A stretch of 41,755 bases of DNA from an uncultured Sideroxydans sp. (lineage in GTDB: Bacteria; Pseudomonadota; Gammaproteobacteria; Burkholderiales; Gallionellaceae), in NCBI GenBank assembly GCA_964604485.1, contig CAZRZH010000001.1:1-41755 (forward strand), written 5' to 3'. Made by a program: the position numbers and the translations under genes. Under the pieces are notes generated by a model. The model did no database searches, was not told the origin of the DNA, and worked only from the letters and a program-made list of their open reading frames with translations. Below, in pieces: positions 18,024 to 30,154 of the stretch (position 1 is the stretch's first letter; each line of letters starts with the position of its first letter).

Positions 18024-18118
18024 TGCAGAATTTCGCGCAGCGATTCGTTTGGTCCCTCTCCCGCCGGGGGAGGGTTCGGGTGGGGGAGAACGTAGCGATG
18101 GGTGGAGCGAGTGGTTAG
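18023..18118 (+). other. Candidate bridging mini-ORF between rsmH and ftsL (31 aa)
   Basis: [31 protein letters not shown]; ATG overlaps the rsmH TGA, TAG overlaps the ftsL GTG by 8 nt; GGAAAGG upstream. Translation unproven. Confidence 0.4.
18052..18086. repeat. CCCTCTCCC-type palindromic repeat in the dcw operon
   Basis: GTCCCTCTCCCGCCGGGGGAGGGTTCGGGTGGGGG; core identical to 12637-12659. Confidence 0.85.
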
Positions 18119-18395
18119 GGTCAACGTATTGTTACTGATTCTGGCTATCGCTTGCGCGTTAGGTGTTGTGACTTCCCAACACAAAGCGCGCAAATTGTTT
18201 GTGGAGCTGCAAAACGAAAAAGACCGGGCGCAACGGATGGAAGAGGAATGGGGCAAGCTGCAATTGGAACAAAGCACGTTGGCGATGCCGGCGCGCGTGG
18301 AAAAACTCGCCCGCCAACAATTGCACATGCACTTGCCGCAAAGTGAACAGATTCGCTACGTGCGTGTGGACGGCGCAGGGGTACGCGAACAATGA
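18111..18395 (+). CDS. ftsL: Cell division protein FtsL
   Basis: One TM helix, then SQHKARKLF...LQLEQSTLA coiled coil; between rsmH and ftsI; alternative GTG start at 18102. Confidence 0.92.
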   Translation: MVRVNVLLLILAIACALGVVTSQHKARKLFVELQNEKDRAQRMEEEWGKLQLEQSTLAMPARVEKLARQQLHMHLPQSEQIRYVRVDGAGVREQ

Positions 18396-20122
18396 ATTAC
18401 GCCCATGTGCCGCAGACTTCCGCCCAGATCGCTTTGCCTGCGTGGCGCTCGCGTTTTTTGTTTGTGTTGTTGTTGGCGGGTATGGGCGGATTGATGGTGA
18501 GAGCGGTGTATCTGCAGGGTATCCATAACGACTTTTTGCAGCAAAAGGGCTCGGCGCGTTACGACCGCGTGATCGAGGTGCCGGCACACCGCGGCATGAT
18601 CACCGACCGCAACGGAGAGCCGCTGGCGGTGAGCACGCCGGTAGAGGCGGTTTGGGCCAGTCCGAGCGATGTTGAAGCGAGTGCCAAACAGGTCAGACAA
18701 CTGGCGCAGATACTCGGTATGAACTACGAGGAAGTGAGAGGGAAGTTGTTCGATACCTCGCGCGAGTTCGTGTATCTGAAACGCCAGATGCCGCCGGAAC
18801 TCGCGCGCCAGGTGGCATTGCTCGGCATTCCCGGTGTGTCGTCGCAACGCGAGTATCGGCGTTATTACCCCAGCGGCGAGATTACCTCGCATGTGCTCGG
18901 CTTCACCGATGTGGATGATAACGGGCGCGAAGGTATCGAATTCGCCCTGCAGGCAAAATTGGGCGGTAAAGCGGGGAGCCAGCAGGTGATCAAAGACCGG
19001 CGCGGATTTATTGTCGAGGACGTCGCCAGTTTGCGTGCTCCCAAAGAAGGCAGCGATGTCGCGTTGAGCATCGACAGCAAAATCCAATTCTTGGCCTATC
19101 GCGAGATCCGGCAGGCCGTCGAACAACACAAAGCAAAATCAGGCTCCATCGTAGTGTTGGATGCGCGCAGCGGGGAAGTGTTGGCGCTGGTCAATTGGCC
19201 GACCTACAACCCGAACAACCGAAAAAAACCGGCATTGAACCTGATGCGCAATCGCGCCGTGACGGACGTGTTCGAACCCGGCTCCACCCTGAAACCGTTC
19301 ACGGCAGCAGCCGTGCTGGAAGCGGGAAAATACAAGTCGAATTCGGTCATCAATACCCAGAACGGCGTGCTGACAATCGGCGGCCGCACGATTCACGACA
19401 CCCATCCGGAGCGTTCGTTGACCGTGGCGCAGGTGATCCAGAAGTCGAGCAACGTGGGTGCGGCAAAAATGGCGTTGACGCTGGCGCCGCAGACCTTTTG
19501 GAGCAGTCTGAGCGACAGCGGATTTGGCGCGCCGACCGGGATTGATTTTCCGGGCGAGGCGGCGGGCAAATTGCGCGACTTCAAAACATGGCGGCCAATC
19601 GAGCAGGCCACCATATCCTACGGCAACGGTATCTCGGTGAACCTGTTGCAACTGGCGCGCGCTTACACGACCTTTGCCAACGACGGCGAATTAAAACCGA
19701 TCACGCTGCTTAAACAAGAGCAGCCTCCGGTCGGGGTGAAAGTCTATTCCGATAACACAGCGCACGCGGTGCGGGCGATGTTGGAAATGGTGGTGCAACC
19801 TGGTGGCACAGCGCCCTTGGCGCAAGTGGCCGGGTATCGTGTGGCGGGTAAAACCGGTACTGCGCACAAATTGCTGAACGGTAAATACGTCGACCGCTAT
19901 GTTGCTTCCTTCGTGGGCTTGGCACCCGCATCCAATCCGCGATTGATCGTCGCAGTGATGGTGGATGAACCGGGAGGCAAGGAATATTACGGCGGGCAAG
20001 TGGCGGCACCCGCTTTCAGTAGCGTCATGAACGCTGCATTGCGTGTTCTGGATGTTCCCTACGATGCGCCGCTGGACAATGTGTTGCAGGCACCCGGCGA
20101 AATCATTGGAGAAGAGGTATGA
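18392..20122 (+). CDS. ftsI: Penicillin-binding protein 3
   Basis: RGMITDRNG, EPGSTLK (SxxK), SSN (SxN), KTGT. Confidence 0.97.
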   Translation: MNYAHVPQTSAQIALPAWRSRFLFVLLLAGMGGLMVRAVYLQGIHNDFLQQKGSARYDRVIEVPAHRGMITDRNGEPLAVSTPVEAVWASPSDVEASAKQVRQLAQILGMNYEEVRGKLFDTSREFVYLKRQMPPELARQVALLGIPGVSSQREYRRYYPSGEITSHVLGFTDVDDNGREGIEFALQAKLGGKAGSQQVIKDRRGFIVEDVASLRAPKEGSDVALSIDSKIQFLAYREIRQAVEQHKAKSGSIVVLDARSGEVLALVNWPTYNPNNRKKPALNLMRNRAVTDVFEPGSTLKPFTAAAVLEAGKYKSNSVINTQNGVLTIGGRTIHDTHPERSLTVAQVIQKSSNVGAAKMALTLAPQTFWSSLSDSGFGAPTGIDFPGEAAGKLRDFKTWRPIEQATISYGNGISVNLLQLARAYTTFANDGELKPITLLKQEQPPVGVKVYSDNTAHAVRAMLEMVVQPGGTAPLAQVAGYRVAGKTGTAHKLLNGKYVDRYVASFVGLAPASNPRLIVAVMVDEPGGKEYYGGQVAAPAFSSVMNAALRVLDVPYDAPLDNVLQAPGEIIGEEV

Positions 20123-21642
20123 GCGAGACTTCTGCCAAAAAAGGGACAATTTTTAGGAAGGAAGACCTGGATTCGCTGAAGGTAACCATCACGCGTTTGG
20201 TGTCCGACAGTCGCGCGATCCAGCCGGGTGATACCTTCGTCGCGTATGCGGGGACACAAGCCGATGGACGCGGATTTATTGGGCATGCAATCCAGTGCGG
20301 AGCGAATGCGGTGATCTGGGACGCAAGTAATTTCAATTGGAACAACGAGTGGAATGTGCCCAATTTGGCGGTGCAAAATTTGCGCCAACACGCCGGTGAA
20401 ATAGGCGACGTAGTTTACGACCATCCTTCGCAGAAACTCTGGATGATTGGCGTGACCGGAACCAACGGCAAGACCTCCATCAGCCACTGGCTGGCCAAAT
20501 CACTGGACAAGTTGGAACGCAAAAGTGCGCTGCTCGGCACACTGGGAAACGGCTTCCCCGGTGCGTTGCAGGCAACTGCAAATACCACGCCGGATGCGTT
20601 GCTAGTGCAGGGGCTGTTGTCCGACTATGTGTTGCAGGGCGCGCGGGTCGCGGTGATGGAAGTGTCATCGCACGCGTTGACACAGGGGCGCGTGAACGGT
20701 GTGTTTTTCGATGTTGCACTCCTCACCAATCTAACGCGCGACCATCTCGATTACCACGGCGATATGCAAAGTTATGCCGCCGCGAAACGCCGCCTGTTCG
20801 ATTGGGCATCGCTCAAATATGCCGTGCTCAATCTGGATGACGCCTTCGGTGCTGAACTGGCCGAACAACTGCGGGACGCACCGGTTGAAGTGATTGGTTA
20901 CGGATTGAACGACGACTCACTGAAACTGGCCGAGCGTCTCGGCGTGCGTATGGTGTTCGGAAACCTCGCGCGCATGGATGCGCAGGGGATAAGCCTGCGC
21001 ATCCATACCAGCTGGGGTGCGGCGGAGTTGGACAGCAAATTGATCGGGCGCTTTAACGCTTCCAATCTGTTGGGGGCATTGGCTGTGTTGCTGGTCAGTG
21101 ATATTGCGCTGGGGGATGCGGTGCGCGAACTCGGCTTGCAGAAAGCTGTCGCCGGACGCATGCAGCGGCTGGGCGGCAAAGATGAGCCGGCAGTGGTGGT
21201 GGACTATGCGCACACGCCGGACGCACTGGAAAAAGTATTGACCAGCCTGCGCGAAGTGACCGCCCCCACCGGCGGCAAAGTCATTTGTGTATTCGGTTGC
21301 GGCGGTGATCGTGACAGTGGGAAACGTCCGATGATGGGAACGGTGGTGTCGAAGCTCGCCGACGTGTGTATCGTCACCAGCGACAATCCGCGCAACGAAG
21401 ATCCGGAGGCAATCATCGCTGGAGTTGTTGCCGGGATGCAGGGCAACTATCAGGTAATCGAGGACCGGGCGAAGGCGATTACGCACGCCATCATCAATGC
21501 CGAGGCGGGTGATACCGTACTGCTTGCCGGCAAAGGTCACGAGGATTATCAGGAGATAAAAGGGGTGCGCCATCCGTTCTCGGATAGCGAATTCGCGCAG
21601 CGCGCGCTCAGTGTGTGGAAGACGGGGGCGCGCTGGATATGA
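20119..21642 (+). CDS. murE: UDP-MurNAc-dipeptide:meso-DAP ligase
   Basis: GVTGTNGKTS, MEVSSH, DYAHTPDAL, DNPR (DAP specificity), AGKGHE. Confidence 0.97.
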   Translation: MSETSAKKGTIFRKEDLDSLKVTITRLVSDSRAIQPGDTFVAYAGTQADGRGFIGHAIQCGANAVIWDASNFNWNNEWNVPNLAVQNLRQHAGEIGDVVYDHPSQKLWMIGVTGTNGKTSISHWLAKSLDKLERKSALLGTLGNGFPGALQATANTTPDALLVQGLLSDYVLQGARVAVMEVSSHALTQGRVNGVFFDVALLTNLTRDHLDYHGDMQSYAAAKRRLFDWASLKYAVLNLDDAFGAELAEQLRDAPVEVIGYGLNDDSLKLAERLGVRMVFGNLARMDAQGISLRIHTSWGAAELDSKLIGRFNASNLLGALAVLLVSDIALGDAVRELGLQKAVAGRMQRLGGKDEPAVVVDYAHTPDALEKVLTSLREVTAPTGGKVICVFGCGGDRDSGKRPMMGTVVSKLADVCIVTSDNPRNEDPEAIIAGVVAGMQGNYQVIEDRAKAITHAIINAEAGDTVLLAGKGHEDYQEIKGVRHPFSDSEFAQRALSVWKTGARWI

Positions 21643-23018
21643 TGAAACTGTCCCAGGCAGCGCAAGCACTCAACGCACAACTAACAGGCGCGGACGGTCG
21701 CTTCGCGGCGGTCAGCACTGACACGCGCAGCATCGGCCGGGGCGATCTGTTCGTTGCACTCAAGGGCGAAAATTTCGACGGCGCGAAGTTCGTCGGACAG
21801 GCGGTGCAGGCGGGCGCAGTGGGTGCGGTGGTGAATGCGGATAGCAGTATCGGGGATGCACCCTGCGCTTTAATCCGCGTTGCGGACACGCGTCTTGCCT
21901 TGGGGCATCTTGCCGCGTATTGGCGCCGGCAAAACGACATTCCTCTGGTCGCCATTACCGGCAGCAACGGTAAGACCACGGTGAAGGAGATGCTCGCCGG
22001 AATTCTGCGTGCCGTGACCGAAGATGAAAATGCGGTTCTGGCCACCCGGGGAAATTTCAACAACGACATCGGCATGCCACTCACTTTACTTCGGCTGCGT
22101 GCGACGCATCGTTATGCGGTGATCGAAATGGGCATGAACCATCTGCATGAGATCGAGTACCTCTCGCGCATCGCGCGTCCCACTGTGGCGATAGTCAATA
22201 ACGCATCGGGAGCGCATCTGCAGGGATTGGGCTCGGTGGAAAACGTGGCACGTGCGAAGGGGGAAGTGTTTGCCGGACTGGACGCCCAAGGTACGGCGGT
22301 GATTAACGCCGATGACGCGTTTGCCGGGTTATGGCGAAAATTGGCGGAGCCGCATGAGGTGTTTGATTTCGCTCTGGAGCATCCCGCTTTTGCAAAAGGA
22401 TCCTGGACGCCGCTGGGTTACGGCGGGGTGCTGCAGGCGCGTACCCCGGCCGGAGAGTTGCGCGTTGTGCTGCAAGTCCCCGGTGAGCACAACGCGCGTA
22501 ATGCGTTGGCGGCAGCCACTGCCGCGTTGGCATTGCAAATCCCGCTGACGACCATCGCCAAGGCGCTTGAAGAATTCGGCGGGGTGGCGGGACGTCTACA
22601 ACGCAAGTTGGCGAAACACGGCGCAACGTTGATTGACGACACCTACAACGCCAACCCGGCCTCGATGCGTGCGGCACTGGACGTGTTGGCGCAGGCAACC
22701 GGCAAGCGCATTTTTGTATTGGGCGACATGGGTGAACTGGGTGAGGAGGCGGCGCAGATGCATCAGGAGATCGGCATCGCGGCACGCGAGTTGGGCATCG
22801 AATGTCTCTTTGCGCTGGGCACGTTGAGTGCGGGTGCGGTGCGGGAGTTTGGTGCGGGCGCGCGGCAATTTTCCAACATTGATGATTTGTGTGCCGCGCT
22901 AAAAGCAGAATTGGATAGTCAAACCACGGTGCTGGTGAAGGGATCACGCTTCATGAAGATGGAACGAGTCGTGCAATTTTGTGCACAGGATAAGGAGGCA
23001 ACATGCTGCTCGCATTAA
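21639..23018 (+). CDS. murF: UDP-MurNAc-tripeptide:D-Ala-D-Ala ligase
   Basis: [28 protein letters not shown]; ATGA overlap with murE. Confidence 0.96.
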   Translation: MMKLSQAAQALNAQLTGADGRFAAVSTDTRSIGRGDLFVALKGENFDGAKFVGQAVQAGAVGAVVNADSSIGDAPCALIRVADTRLALGHLAAYWRRQNDIPLVAITGSNGKTTVKEMLAGILRAVTEDENAVLATRGNFNNDIGMPLTLLRLRATHRYAVIEMGMNHLHEIEYLSRIARPTVAIVNNASGAHLQGLGSVENVARAKGEVFAGLDAQGTAVINADDAFAGLWRKLAEPHEVFDFALEHPAFAKGSWTPLGYGGVLQARTPAGELRVVLQVPGEHNARNALAAATAALALQIPLTTIAKALEEFGGVAGRLQRKLAKHGATLIDDTYNANPASMRAALDVLAQATGKRIFVLGDMGELGEEAAQMHQEIGIAARELGIECLFALGTLSAGAVREFGAGARQFSNIDDLCAALKAELDSQTTVLVKGSRFMKMERVVQFCAQDKEATCCSH

Positions 23019-24106
23019 GCCAATGGTTGGCACAAGACGTGCGCACATTCAGCGTATTTAATTACATCACGCTACGTGCGGTGATGGCGGCGCTGACGGC
23101 GCTGGTCATCTCCTTCATGCTCGGGCCCTGGATGATTCGCAAACTCGCCGCGATGAAAATCGGCCAATCGGTGCGCAGCGACGGACCGCAGACGCATCTG
23201 GTGAAGGCGGGAACGCCCACCATGGGTGGCGCGCTCATTCTGGCTTCGGTCGCCATCACCACGCTGTTGTGGGGTGACTTGCACAACGCGTATATCTGGG
23301 TGGTGTTGCTCACCACGCTGGGTGTCGGTGCAGTGGGCTGGGTGGATGACTACCGCAAGGTGGTGCACCGCAACCCGGACGGGCTGTCGGCCAGAGCAAA
23401 AATGTTCTGGCAATCCCTCATTGCATTGGCAGTCGGCATCTTTCTGTGGTCGCACGCCACGCTGCCCGCACACACCGAACTCATCGTGCCGTTCTTCAAA
23501 CATTTGGTGCTGCCGCTGGGCATGATCGGCTTCATCGTGATGGTGTATCTGGTGATCGTCGGCAGCAGCAACGCGGTTAATCTGACCGACGGTTTGGATG
23601 GGCTGGCCATCATGCCAACGGTCATGGTGGCGGCCGCGCTGGCGATCTTCGCCTATGTCGCCGGCCACGCCGAGTTCTCCAAATATTTGGGCGAGCCTTC
23701 CATCCCCGGTGCGGGTGAATTGGCGATTTTCTGTGCAGCCATCGCGGGAGCGGGTTTGGCGTTCCTGTGGTTCAACGCCTATCCGGCGGAAGTATTCATG
23801 GGCGACGTGGGCGCGCTGGCACTGGGTGCCGCACTGGGCGCGGTGGCTGTGATCATCCGTCAGGAGTTGGTGCTGTTCATCATGGGCGGCGTCTTCGTGG
23901 TGGAAGCGGTATCGGTGATGTTGCAGGTGTCCTATTTCAAATATACGAAATATAGGACAGGGACAGGGAAACGTATCCTGCTGATGGCGCCGCTGCATCA
24001 CCACTTTGAACAAAAGGGCTGGAAGGAAACGCAAGTGGTAGTGCGCTTCTGGATCATAACGATGCTGCTGGTCTTGATCGGACTGGCAACGCTGAAATTG
24101 AGATGA
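23003..24106 (+). CDS. mraY: Phospho-MurNAc-pentapeptide transferase
   Basis: [34 protein letters not shown]. Confidence 0.98.
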   Translation: MLLALSQWLAQDVRTFSVFNYITLRAVMAALTALVISFMLGPWMIRKLAAMKIGQSVRSDGPQTHLVKAGTPTMGGALILASVAITTLLWGDLHNAYIWVVLLTTLGVGAVGWVDDYRKVVHRNPDGLSARAKMFWQSLIALAVGIFLWSHATLPAHTELIVPFFKHLVLPLGMIGFIVMVYLVIVGSSNAVNLTDGLDGLAIMPTVMVAAALAIFAYVAGHAEFSKYLGEPSIPGAGELAIFCAAIAGAGLAFLWFNAYPAEVFMGDVGALALGAALGAVAVIIRQELVLFIMGGVFVVEAVSVMLQVSYFKYTKYRTGTGKRILLMAPLHHHFEQKGWKETQVVVRFWIITMLLVLIGLATLKLR

Positions 24107-25503
24107 CATCCCTGCGCGACAAATCGGTGCTGGTACTCGGACTCGGTGAGACCGGGCTGTCACTCGCGCGCTGGTTGCATGGACAGGGTGCGCGCGTAAG
24201 TGTCGCCGACAGCCGTGTTGAGCCGCCGGGGGTTGCAACACTGCACAGTGAAATGCCGCAAGTATCAGTGTTTTGCGGAGCGTTTCGTGACGAGTTGTTG
24301 AATCAGGTGGATCGCATCGCCATCAGCCCCGGCGTGCCGCTGGCCGATCCGTTCGTGCAACGCGCTATTTCGCACGGTATTCCGGTCGAGGGCGACATCG
24401 AGTTTCTGGCTCAACAACTTTCTGCCGCCGAAAGTAAACCCACGACAAAAGTGATCGCCATCACCGGTGCGAACGGCAAAACCACGGTCACCAGCATGGT
24501 GGGTGCGATGTGTGCGGCGGCGGGACTGGATACACAAGTGGCGGGAAATATCTCGCCCGCCGTGTTGGATGCTTTGCGTGAACGTGAAGGCAAACAGCCG
24601 GAAGTGTGGGTCTTGGAACTTTCCAGCTTTCAACTCGAAACGACGCATTCACTGAACGCGGATGTCGCGGTGGTACTTAATGTGACCGAAGACCATCTCG
24701 ATCGCTACGACGGAAATATGGACGCGTATGCAGCCGCCAAGGCGCGCATCTACCGGGGTGACGGCGTGCAAATCGTGAACCGCGATGATGTGCGCAGTGA
24801 TGTCATGCGTATCGCCGGACGTCAGCAGATCAGCATTGGTCTGACGCCGCCAAGCGCTGCGCTGGATTGGGGCATCACACGCGAAGGTGTCGTGACCTGG
24901 TTGATGCAAGGCGGACAGAAAATCCTGCGCGCGGATGAATTGCAGGTGAGCGGAATGCACAACGTGGTGAATGCGCTGGCGGCACTGGCACTGTGTCGCG
25001 CCCTTGATCTGCCTCTCGCACCTTTATGTTCGGCATTACGCACTTTCAAAGGTTTGCCGCATCGCGTGGAAAAAGTCGCGGAGATCGCGGGCGTCACGTA
25101 TTACGACGACTCGAAAGGAACCAATGTTGGTGCCACCGAAGCGGCCTTGAAAGGTTTGGGCAAACCCGCCGTGGTCATTCTGGGCGGTGATGGCAAAGGT
25201 CAGGATTTTGCACCTTTGAAGGAGGCGGTGGCGCAACATGCCCGCGCCGTGGTGCTGATCGGGCGTGATGCGGCGTTGATCGAGCAGGCATTGCTGGGTT
25301 GTGGCAAGCCGGTGAAACAAGCACGCGATATGGAGGAGGCGGTGCAAGTCGCCAGTGCGCTGGCGCAAGTCGGCGATGGAGTGCTGATGTCGCCCGCGTG
25401 TGCCAGTTTTGACATGTTCAAGAATTACGTGCATCGCGCCGAGGTGTTCGTCGCGGCCGTGAAAAAAATTGAAGCGGAGGTGACATGCACAGCGCAGCAC
25501 TGA
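24103..25503 (+). CDS. murD: UDP-MurNAc-L-Ala:D-Glu ligase
   Basis: [34 protein letters not shown]. Confidence 0.97.
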   Translation: MTSLRDKSVLVLGLGETGLSLARWLHGQGARVSVADSRVEPPGVATLHSEMPQVSVFCGAFRDELLNQVDRIAISPGVPLADPFVQRAISHGIPVEGDIEFLAQQLSAAESKPTTKVIAITGANGKTTVTSMVGAMCAAAGLDTQVAGNISPAVLDALREREGKQPEVWVLELSSFQLETTHSLNADVAVVLNVTEDHLDRYDGNMDAYAAAKARIYRGDGVQIVNRDDVRSDVMRIAGRQQISIGLTPPSAALDWGITREGVVTWLMQGGQKILRADELQVSGMHNVVNALAALALCRALDLPLAPLCSALRTFKGLPHRVEKVAEIAGVTYYDDSKGTNVGATEAALKGLGKPAVVILGGDGKGQDFAPLKEAVAQHARAVVLIGRDAALIEQALLGCGKPVKQARDMEEAVQVASALAQVGDGVLMSPACASFDMFKNYVHRAEVFVAAVKKIEAEVTCTAQH

Positions 25504-26648
25504 ACTCTCCGCGTCGCGTCTTGGCGGAATACGACACCGTGTTGGTTTGGATCATCACCGCACTGCTCGCCCTCGGTCTGGTAATGGTGTATTCCGCGTC
25601 GATTGCGACAGCAGAAGCGGGCAAATATACCGGACATTTGGCCAGTTATTACCTGGTGCGCCACGGCATATTCATCATGATCGGCTTGGTGTGCGCGGTG
25701 TTCGCCTTCCAAGTGCCGACGCAGAAATGGCAACAAGCCGCCCCCTATTTGTTCGCATTAGGCGTGGTGTTGTTATTGCTGGTGCTGATCCCCGGTATCG
25801 GGCGCGCCGTCAACGGCAGCCGTCGCTGGATATCGTTCGTGGTGTTGAATGTGCAGCCGTCGGAACTGATGAAACTGTTCGCGGTGTTGTATGCCGCCGA
25901 TTACGCCGTGCGCAAGGCGGCGGACAAAGGGCGTCTGCTCAAGCCGTTCCTGCCGATGTTCGGCGTGATCGGGCTGGTCGGCGCCTTGTTGTTATTGGAG
26001 CCCGACCTGGGCGCATTTGGGGTCATTCTTGCCATCGCCTTTTGCACACTCTGGTTGGGCGGCTTCAACTGGAAAATCTTCGCCGCATTGGCGCTGGCGC
26101 TGCCTCTGTTGTTTGCGGCGCTGATTTTCACTTCCGATTACCGCATGCAACGTGTCATTGGATTTATGGATCCGTGGTCTGATCCCTACGGCAAAGGTTA
26201 CCAACTCAGCCACGCGCTGATCGCATTCGGTCGCGGTGAGTGGTTGGGTGTGGGACTGGGGGGCAGTGTGGAAAAACTGTTCTATCTGCCCGAGGCACAC
26301 ACCGACTTTTTGCTGGCGGTAATCGCGGAAGAATTGGGACTGTTCGGGGTCTGTATCGTCATCCTGTTATTCGCCTGGCTCATCGTGCGCGCCTTCGCCA
26401 TCGGGCGTCAGGCGGCGATGTCGGAGCGCCTGTTCGCCGCGCTGGTGGCGCAGGGGATCGCGGTGTGGCTGGGCGTGCAGGCGATGATCAACATCGGCGT
26501 GAACATGGGCGTATTACCGACCAAGGGTTTGACGCTGCCCTTCCTGAGTTTCGGAGGCAGCGGGCTGGTGGCGAATTGTGTGGCGATCGCCGTGTTGTTA
26601 CGCATCGACTACGAGAATAGAAGAGTGGCGCGGGGATTGGCGATATGA
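25485..26648 (+). CDS. ftsW: SEDS peptidoglycan polymerase FtsW
   Basis: [35 protein letters not shown]. Confidence 0.97.
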   Translation: MHSAALNSPRRVLAEYDTVLVWIITALLALGLVMVYSASIATAEAGKYTGHLASYYLVRHGIFIMIGLVCAVFAFQVPTQKWQQAAPYLFALGVVLLLLVLIPGIGRAVNGSRRWISFVVLNVQPSELMKLFAVLYAADYAVRKAADKGRLLKPFLPMFGVIGLVGALLLLEPDLGAFGVILAIAFCTLWLGGFNWKIFAALALALPLLFAALIFTSDYRMQRVIGFMDPWSDPYGKGYQLSHALIAFGRGEWLGVGLGGSVEKLFYLPEAHTDFLLAVIAEELGLFGVCIVILLFAWLIVRAFAIGRQAAMSERLFAALVAQGIAVWLGVQAMINIGVNMGVLPTKGLTLPFLSFGGSGLVANCVAIAVLLRIDYENRRVARGLAI

Positions 26649-27709
26649 CGACGCGTACTATTCTTATCATGGCAGGCGGCACCGGTGGGCATATCTATCC
26701 CGGCTTGGCCGTAGCCGACGAATTACGCGCACACGGTTGGAACGTGGTGTGGCTGGGCGCACCTCGCAGCATGGAAGCAGAGTTGGTACCCAAGCACGGC
26801 TATCCGATGGCATGGGTGAATTTCACCGGCGTGCGTGGCAAGGGGCTGCTGCGGTTGTTGACTTTGCCGTTCACTTTGCTGCGCGCGTTGGGCCAGAGCG
26901 CGGCAGCGATTTTCCGCTTTCGACCCGACGTGGTGCTCGGCATGGGCGGCTACATCAGCCTGCCGGGGGGATTGATGGCGGCCTTGTTGCAGCGCCCGCT
27001 GGTCGTGCATGAACAGAACTCCATCGCAGGATTGAGCAACAAGGTGCTGGCGAAGTTCGCCACGCGCGTGTTGAGCGGTTTCCCCGATGTACTGAAAAAT
27101 GCACAGTGGTGCGGCAATCCAGTGCGCGCCGACATTGCGACATTGCCCGAACCGCGAGTGCGATATGCGGGACGCAGCGGCAAGTTGAACGTGCTGGTGG
27201 TGGGGGGCAGTCTCGGTGCGCAGGCACTCAACGAAGTCTTGCCAACAGCACTTGGCCTGCTGGGCGAAGAAGAACGCCCGAATGTAATCCACCAGACCGG
27301 AAAAAAACATTTCGAGAGAGTGCAGCAACTTTATGCACAAGCAAGTGTGGTTGCCGATATCCGCGCCTTTCTCGTCGACATGGCGAACCAATATGCAAAT
27401 GCCGATGTGGTGATTTGCCGCGCCGGTGCGCTGACCATTGCCGAGTTGGCGGCCGCCGGTGTAGCCAGCGTGCTGATCCCGTTCCCGTTCGCGGTGGACG
27501 ATCACCAGACGTTTAACGCGCACTTCCTGAGCGGACAGGGCGCAGCCGTGTTGTTGCCGCAAAAAGAATTGGATGCGGAAAAATTGGCTCAGTTGTTGCG
27601 CGAATTGAATCGGGGAAAATTAACTGCGATGGCCGTGGCCGCGCGAAGTTTGGCCAAGGCTGAGGCGACACAACACGTCGCGCAGGTTTGCATGGAGTTA
27701 GCAGGATGA
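26645..27709 (+). CDS. murG: Lipid II GlcNAc transferase
   Basis: [29 protein letters not shown]. Confidence 0.97.
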   Translation: MTTRTILIMAGGTGGHIYPGLAVADELRAHGWNVVWLGAPRSMEAELVPKHGYPMAWVNFTGVRGKGLLRLLTLPFTLLRALGQSAAAIFRFRPDVVLGMGGYISLPGGLMAALLQRPLVVHEQNSIAGLSNKVLAKFATRVLSGFPDVLKNAQWCGNPVRADIATLPEPRVRYAGRSGKLNVLVVGGSLGAQALNEVLPTALGLLGEEERPNVIHQTGKKHFERVQQLYAQASVVADIRAFLVDMANQYANADVVICRAGALTIAELAAAGVASVLIPFPFAVDDHQTFNAHFLSGQGAAVLLPQKELDAEKLAQLLRELNRGKLTAMAVAARSLAKAEATQHVAQVCMELAG

Positions 27710-27843
27710 TGAATAGGTCAAAAACGATTCGCGCGGAGACGCGGAGAACGCGGGGTTTAACACCCAGTCCACTGGCTTTCTCCGCGACCTCCGCGTCTCC
27801 GCGTGACAATGATTTGGAGTGCATGTTTAGGGGTAAAACATGA
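27706..27843 (+). other. Candidate bridging mini-ORF between murG and murC (45 aa)
   Basis: [45 protein letters not shown]; ATGA overlap with the murG stop and ATGA overlap with the murC start; GGAG 8 nt upstream. Translation unproven. Confidence 0.45.
27729..27806. repeat. CGCGGAGACGCGGAG-type palindromic repeat
   Basis: TCGCGCGGAGACGCGGAG ... CTCCGCGTCTCCGCGTGA long inverted arms with internal CGCGGAG iterations. Confidence 0.8.
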
Positions 27844-29240
27844 AACATAAGATCAAACATATCCACTTCGTGGGCATCGGCGGTTCCGGCATGAACGGCA
27901 TCGCCGAGGTGCTGCTCAACCTGGGCTTTCAGGTGAGCGGTTCCGACCTGTCCGAAAGCACTGTCACACAACGTTTGCAGACACTGGGCGCGACGATCCA
28001 TTACGGTCACAACAGCGAGAATCTGCGCGATGCCGATGCGGTGGTGACTTCCACTGCGGTGAAAGCCGACAACGCGGAAGTCGTGGCAGCGCGGGAACAA
28101 GGTATCCCCATCGTGCCGCGTGCCGTGATGCTGGCGGAGTTGATGCGCCTGCGCCAGGGCATCGCGGTGGCGGGGACACACGGCAAAACCACCACCACTT
28201 CGCTGGTGACCAGCGTGCTGGCCAAAGGCGGCTACGACCCGACTTTCGTGATTGGTGGCCGTCTCAACAGCAGCGGTGCAAACGCGCGGCTGGGTACGGG
28301 CGAATTCATCGTGGCCGAGGCGGACGAGTCCGATGCCTCATTCTTGTACCTGACGCCAATTCTTGCGGTCGTCACCAACATCGACGCCGACCACATGGAG
28401 ACCTACGACCACGACTTCAACAAATTAAAACAGGCCTTCGTCGATTTCATCGAACGTTTGCCGTTCTACGGTCGCGCAATGTTGTGTGTGGACGATGAAA
28501 ATGTGCGCGATATTCTGCCGCGCATCAGTAAGCCGATCACCACCTATGGATTTTCCGAGGGCGCGCAAATCCGCGCGGTGAACGTGCGCCACGAGGGCGG
28601 CAAGATGCGCTTCACCGCGTTGTGTCGACACAACACCGTACCGCTTGATCTGGATATCACGCTTAATCTGGCCGGGTTGCATAACGTGTTGAACGCGTTG
28701 GCCGCGATCGCGGTGGCCTTGGAAGTTGGCGTTGCGGAAGGCGCTATCGTGGCGGGTCTGGCGGAATTCGAGGGAGTGGGTCGCCGCATGCAACGTTACG
28801 GCGAGATTCCTTTGCCCTCGGGCGGATCGTTCACGCTGATCGACGATTACGGTCATCACCCGGTGGAAATGAAAGCGACACTGGCCGCCGCGCGCGGTGC
28901 CTTCCCCGGAAGGCGCTTGCTGCTTGCCTTTCAGCCGCATCGCTTTACACGCACGCGCGACCTGTTCGAGGATTTTGTGCAGGTGTTGAGCGGCGTGGAT
29001 GCACTGGCATTGGCTGAGATCTACGCGGCGGGTGAAGCGCCTATCGTCGCGGCAAACGGTCGGGCCTTGATGCATGCCTTGCGTGTGGCTGGGCAGAACG
29101 AGGCGGTATTTGTCGAGCAGGTTGCGGAGATGCCCAAGACCATTTTGCAGATGGCACGTGATGGAGATGTGGTGCTGACCATGGGCGCGGGTTCGATCGG
29201 CGGCGTGCCGAATCTGGTCAAGCAGTTGGCGCACAAATGA
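27840..29240 (+). CDS. murC: UDP-MurNAc:L-Ala ligase
   Basis: [34 protein letters not shown]. Confidence 0.98.
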   Translation: MKHKIKHIHFVGIGGSGMNGIAEVLLNLGFQVSGSDLSESTVTQRLQTLGATIHYGHNSENLRDADAVVTSTAVKADNAEVVAAREQGIPIVPRAVMLAELMRLRQGIAVAGTHGKTTTTSLVTSVLAKGGYDPTFVIGGRLNSSGANARLGTGEFIVAEADESDASFLYLTPILAVVTNIDADHMETYDHDFNKLKQAFVDFIERLPFYGRAMLCVDDENVRDILPRISKPITTYGFSEGAQIRAVNVRHEGGKMRFTALCRHNTVPLDLDITLNLAGLHNVLNALAAIAVALEVGVAEGAIVAGLAEFEGVGRRMQRYGEIPLPSGGSFTLIDDYGHHPVEMKATLAAARGAFPGRRLLLAFQPHRFTRTRDLFEDFVQVLSGVDALALAEIYAAGEAPIVAANGRALMHALRVAGQNEAVFVEQVAEMPKTILQMARDGDVVLTMGAGSIGGVPNLVKQLAHK

Positions 29241-30154
29241 ACATGAGCGAAGCAGCGCAATTGTCAGCAGGAGGACTTCGGGGCGAATTGAGTCTCGATG
29301 TCGACATGTCCCGCCATACGAGTTGGCGCGCGGGCGGCGTCGCGCAAAGAATGTATCGGCCCGCCGACCTGGCCGACCTGCAAACGTATTTACAACAATT
29401 GCCACAAGACGAACCGTTACTCGCGGTTGGTTTGGGCAGCAATTTGCTGGTGCGTGACGGCGGCTTTCGCGGGACGGTGTTGTTGTTGCTGGGCGCGTTG
29501 ACCGAGTTACACATGCAGAGCGAGAACTTAATCTACGTTCAAGCAGGTATACCCGGCGCCAAGTTGGCGCGCTTCGCGGCGGGCAATAATTTATGCGGCG
29601 CTGAATTTTTTGTCGGTATCCCCGGCACGCTGGGCGGGATGTTGGCGATGAACGCGGGTTGTTACGGCAGCGAAACCTGGCAGAAGGTGGAACGTGTGCA
29701 AGTGTTGACTCGAAGTGGCGAGTTGTTGGAGCGCACGCCAAACGAATATGAAATCGGATACCGGCACGTGGCATTGCGGCAAGCGAGTGAGGAGTTTTTT
29801 GTCGGGGCGTGGTTGAGGTTGCAACAAGGTGAGGTCGAGTCGGCACGGCAAGCAATCAAGCTGCTGATGGAGAAACGCAGCGCCAGCCAGCCTTTGCAGC
29901 AGCCCAATGCAGGCTCGGTGTTTCGCAATCCACTAGGCGAGCATGCAGCCAAGTTGATTGAAGGTTGCGGGTTGAAAGGTCAACGTATCGGGGATGCCCA
30001 AGTGTCGGAAAAACACGCCAACTTCATCGTGAACCTGGGCAACGCAAGTGCAACAGATATTGAGCGTTTGATCGGCGAAGTGAGATCGACAGTGTTGGAC
30101 AAGACGGGTTTCGACTTGCAAGCGGAAGTCAGGATCGTGGGAGACGCGGCATGA
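29237..30154 (+). CDS. murB: UDP-N-acetylenolpyruvoylglucosamine reductase
   Basis: [34 protein letters not shown]. Confidence 0.96.
   Translation: MNMSEAAQLSAGGLRGELSLDVDMSRHTSWRAGGVAQRMYRPADLADLQTYLQQLPQDEPLLAVGLGSNLLVRDGGFRGTVLLLLGALTELHMQSENLIYVQAGIPGAKLARFAAGNNLCGAEFFVGIPGTLGGMLAMNAGCYGSETWQKVERVQVLTRSGELLERTPNEYEIGYRHVALRQASEEFFVGAWLRLQQGEVESARQAIKLLMEKRSASQPLQQPNAGSVFRNPLGEHAAKLIEGCGLKGQRIGDAQVSEKHANFIVNLGNASATDIERLIGEVRSTVLDKTGFDLQAEVRIVGDAA

Noticed and set aside
28425-29855. 476-aa antisense ORF, and similar long ones at 7320-8198, 10642-11565, 23072-24241 and 33309-34226
   Set aside because: Shadow frames opposite conserved GC-rich genes, with no recognisable motifs
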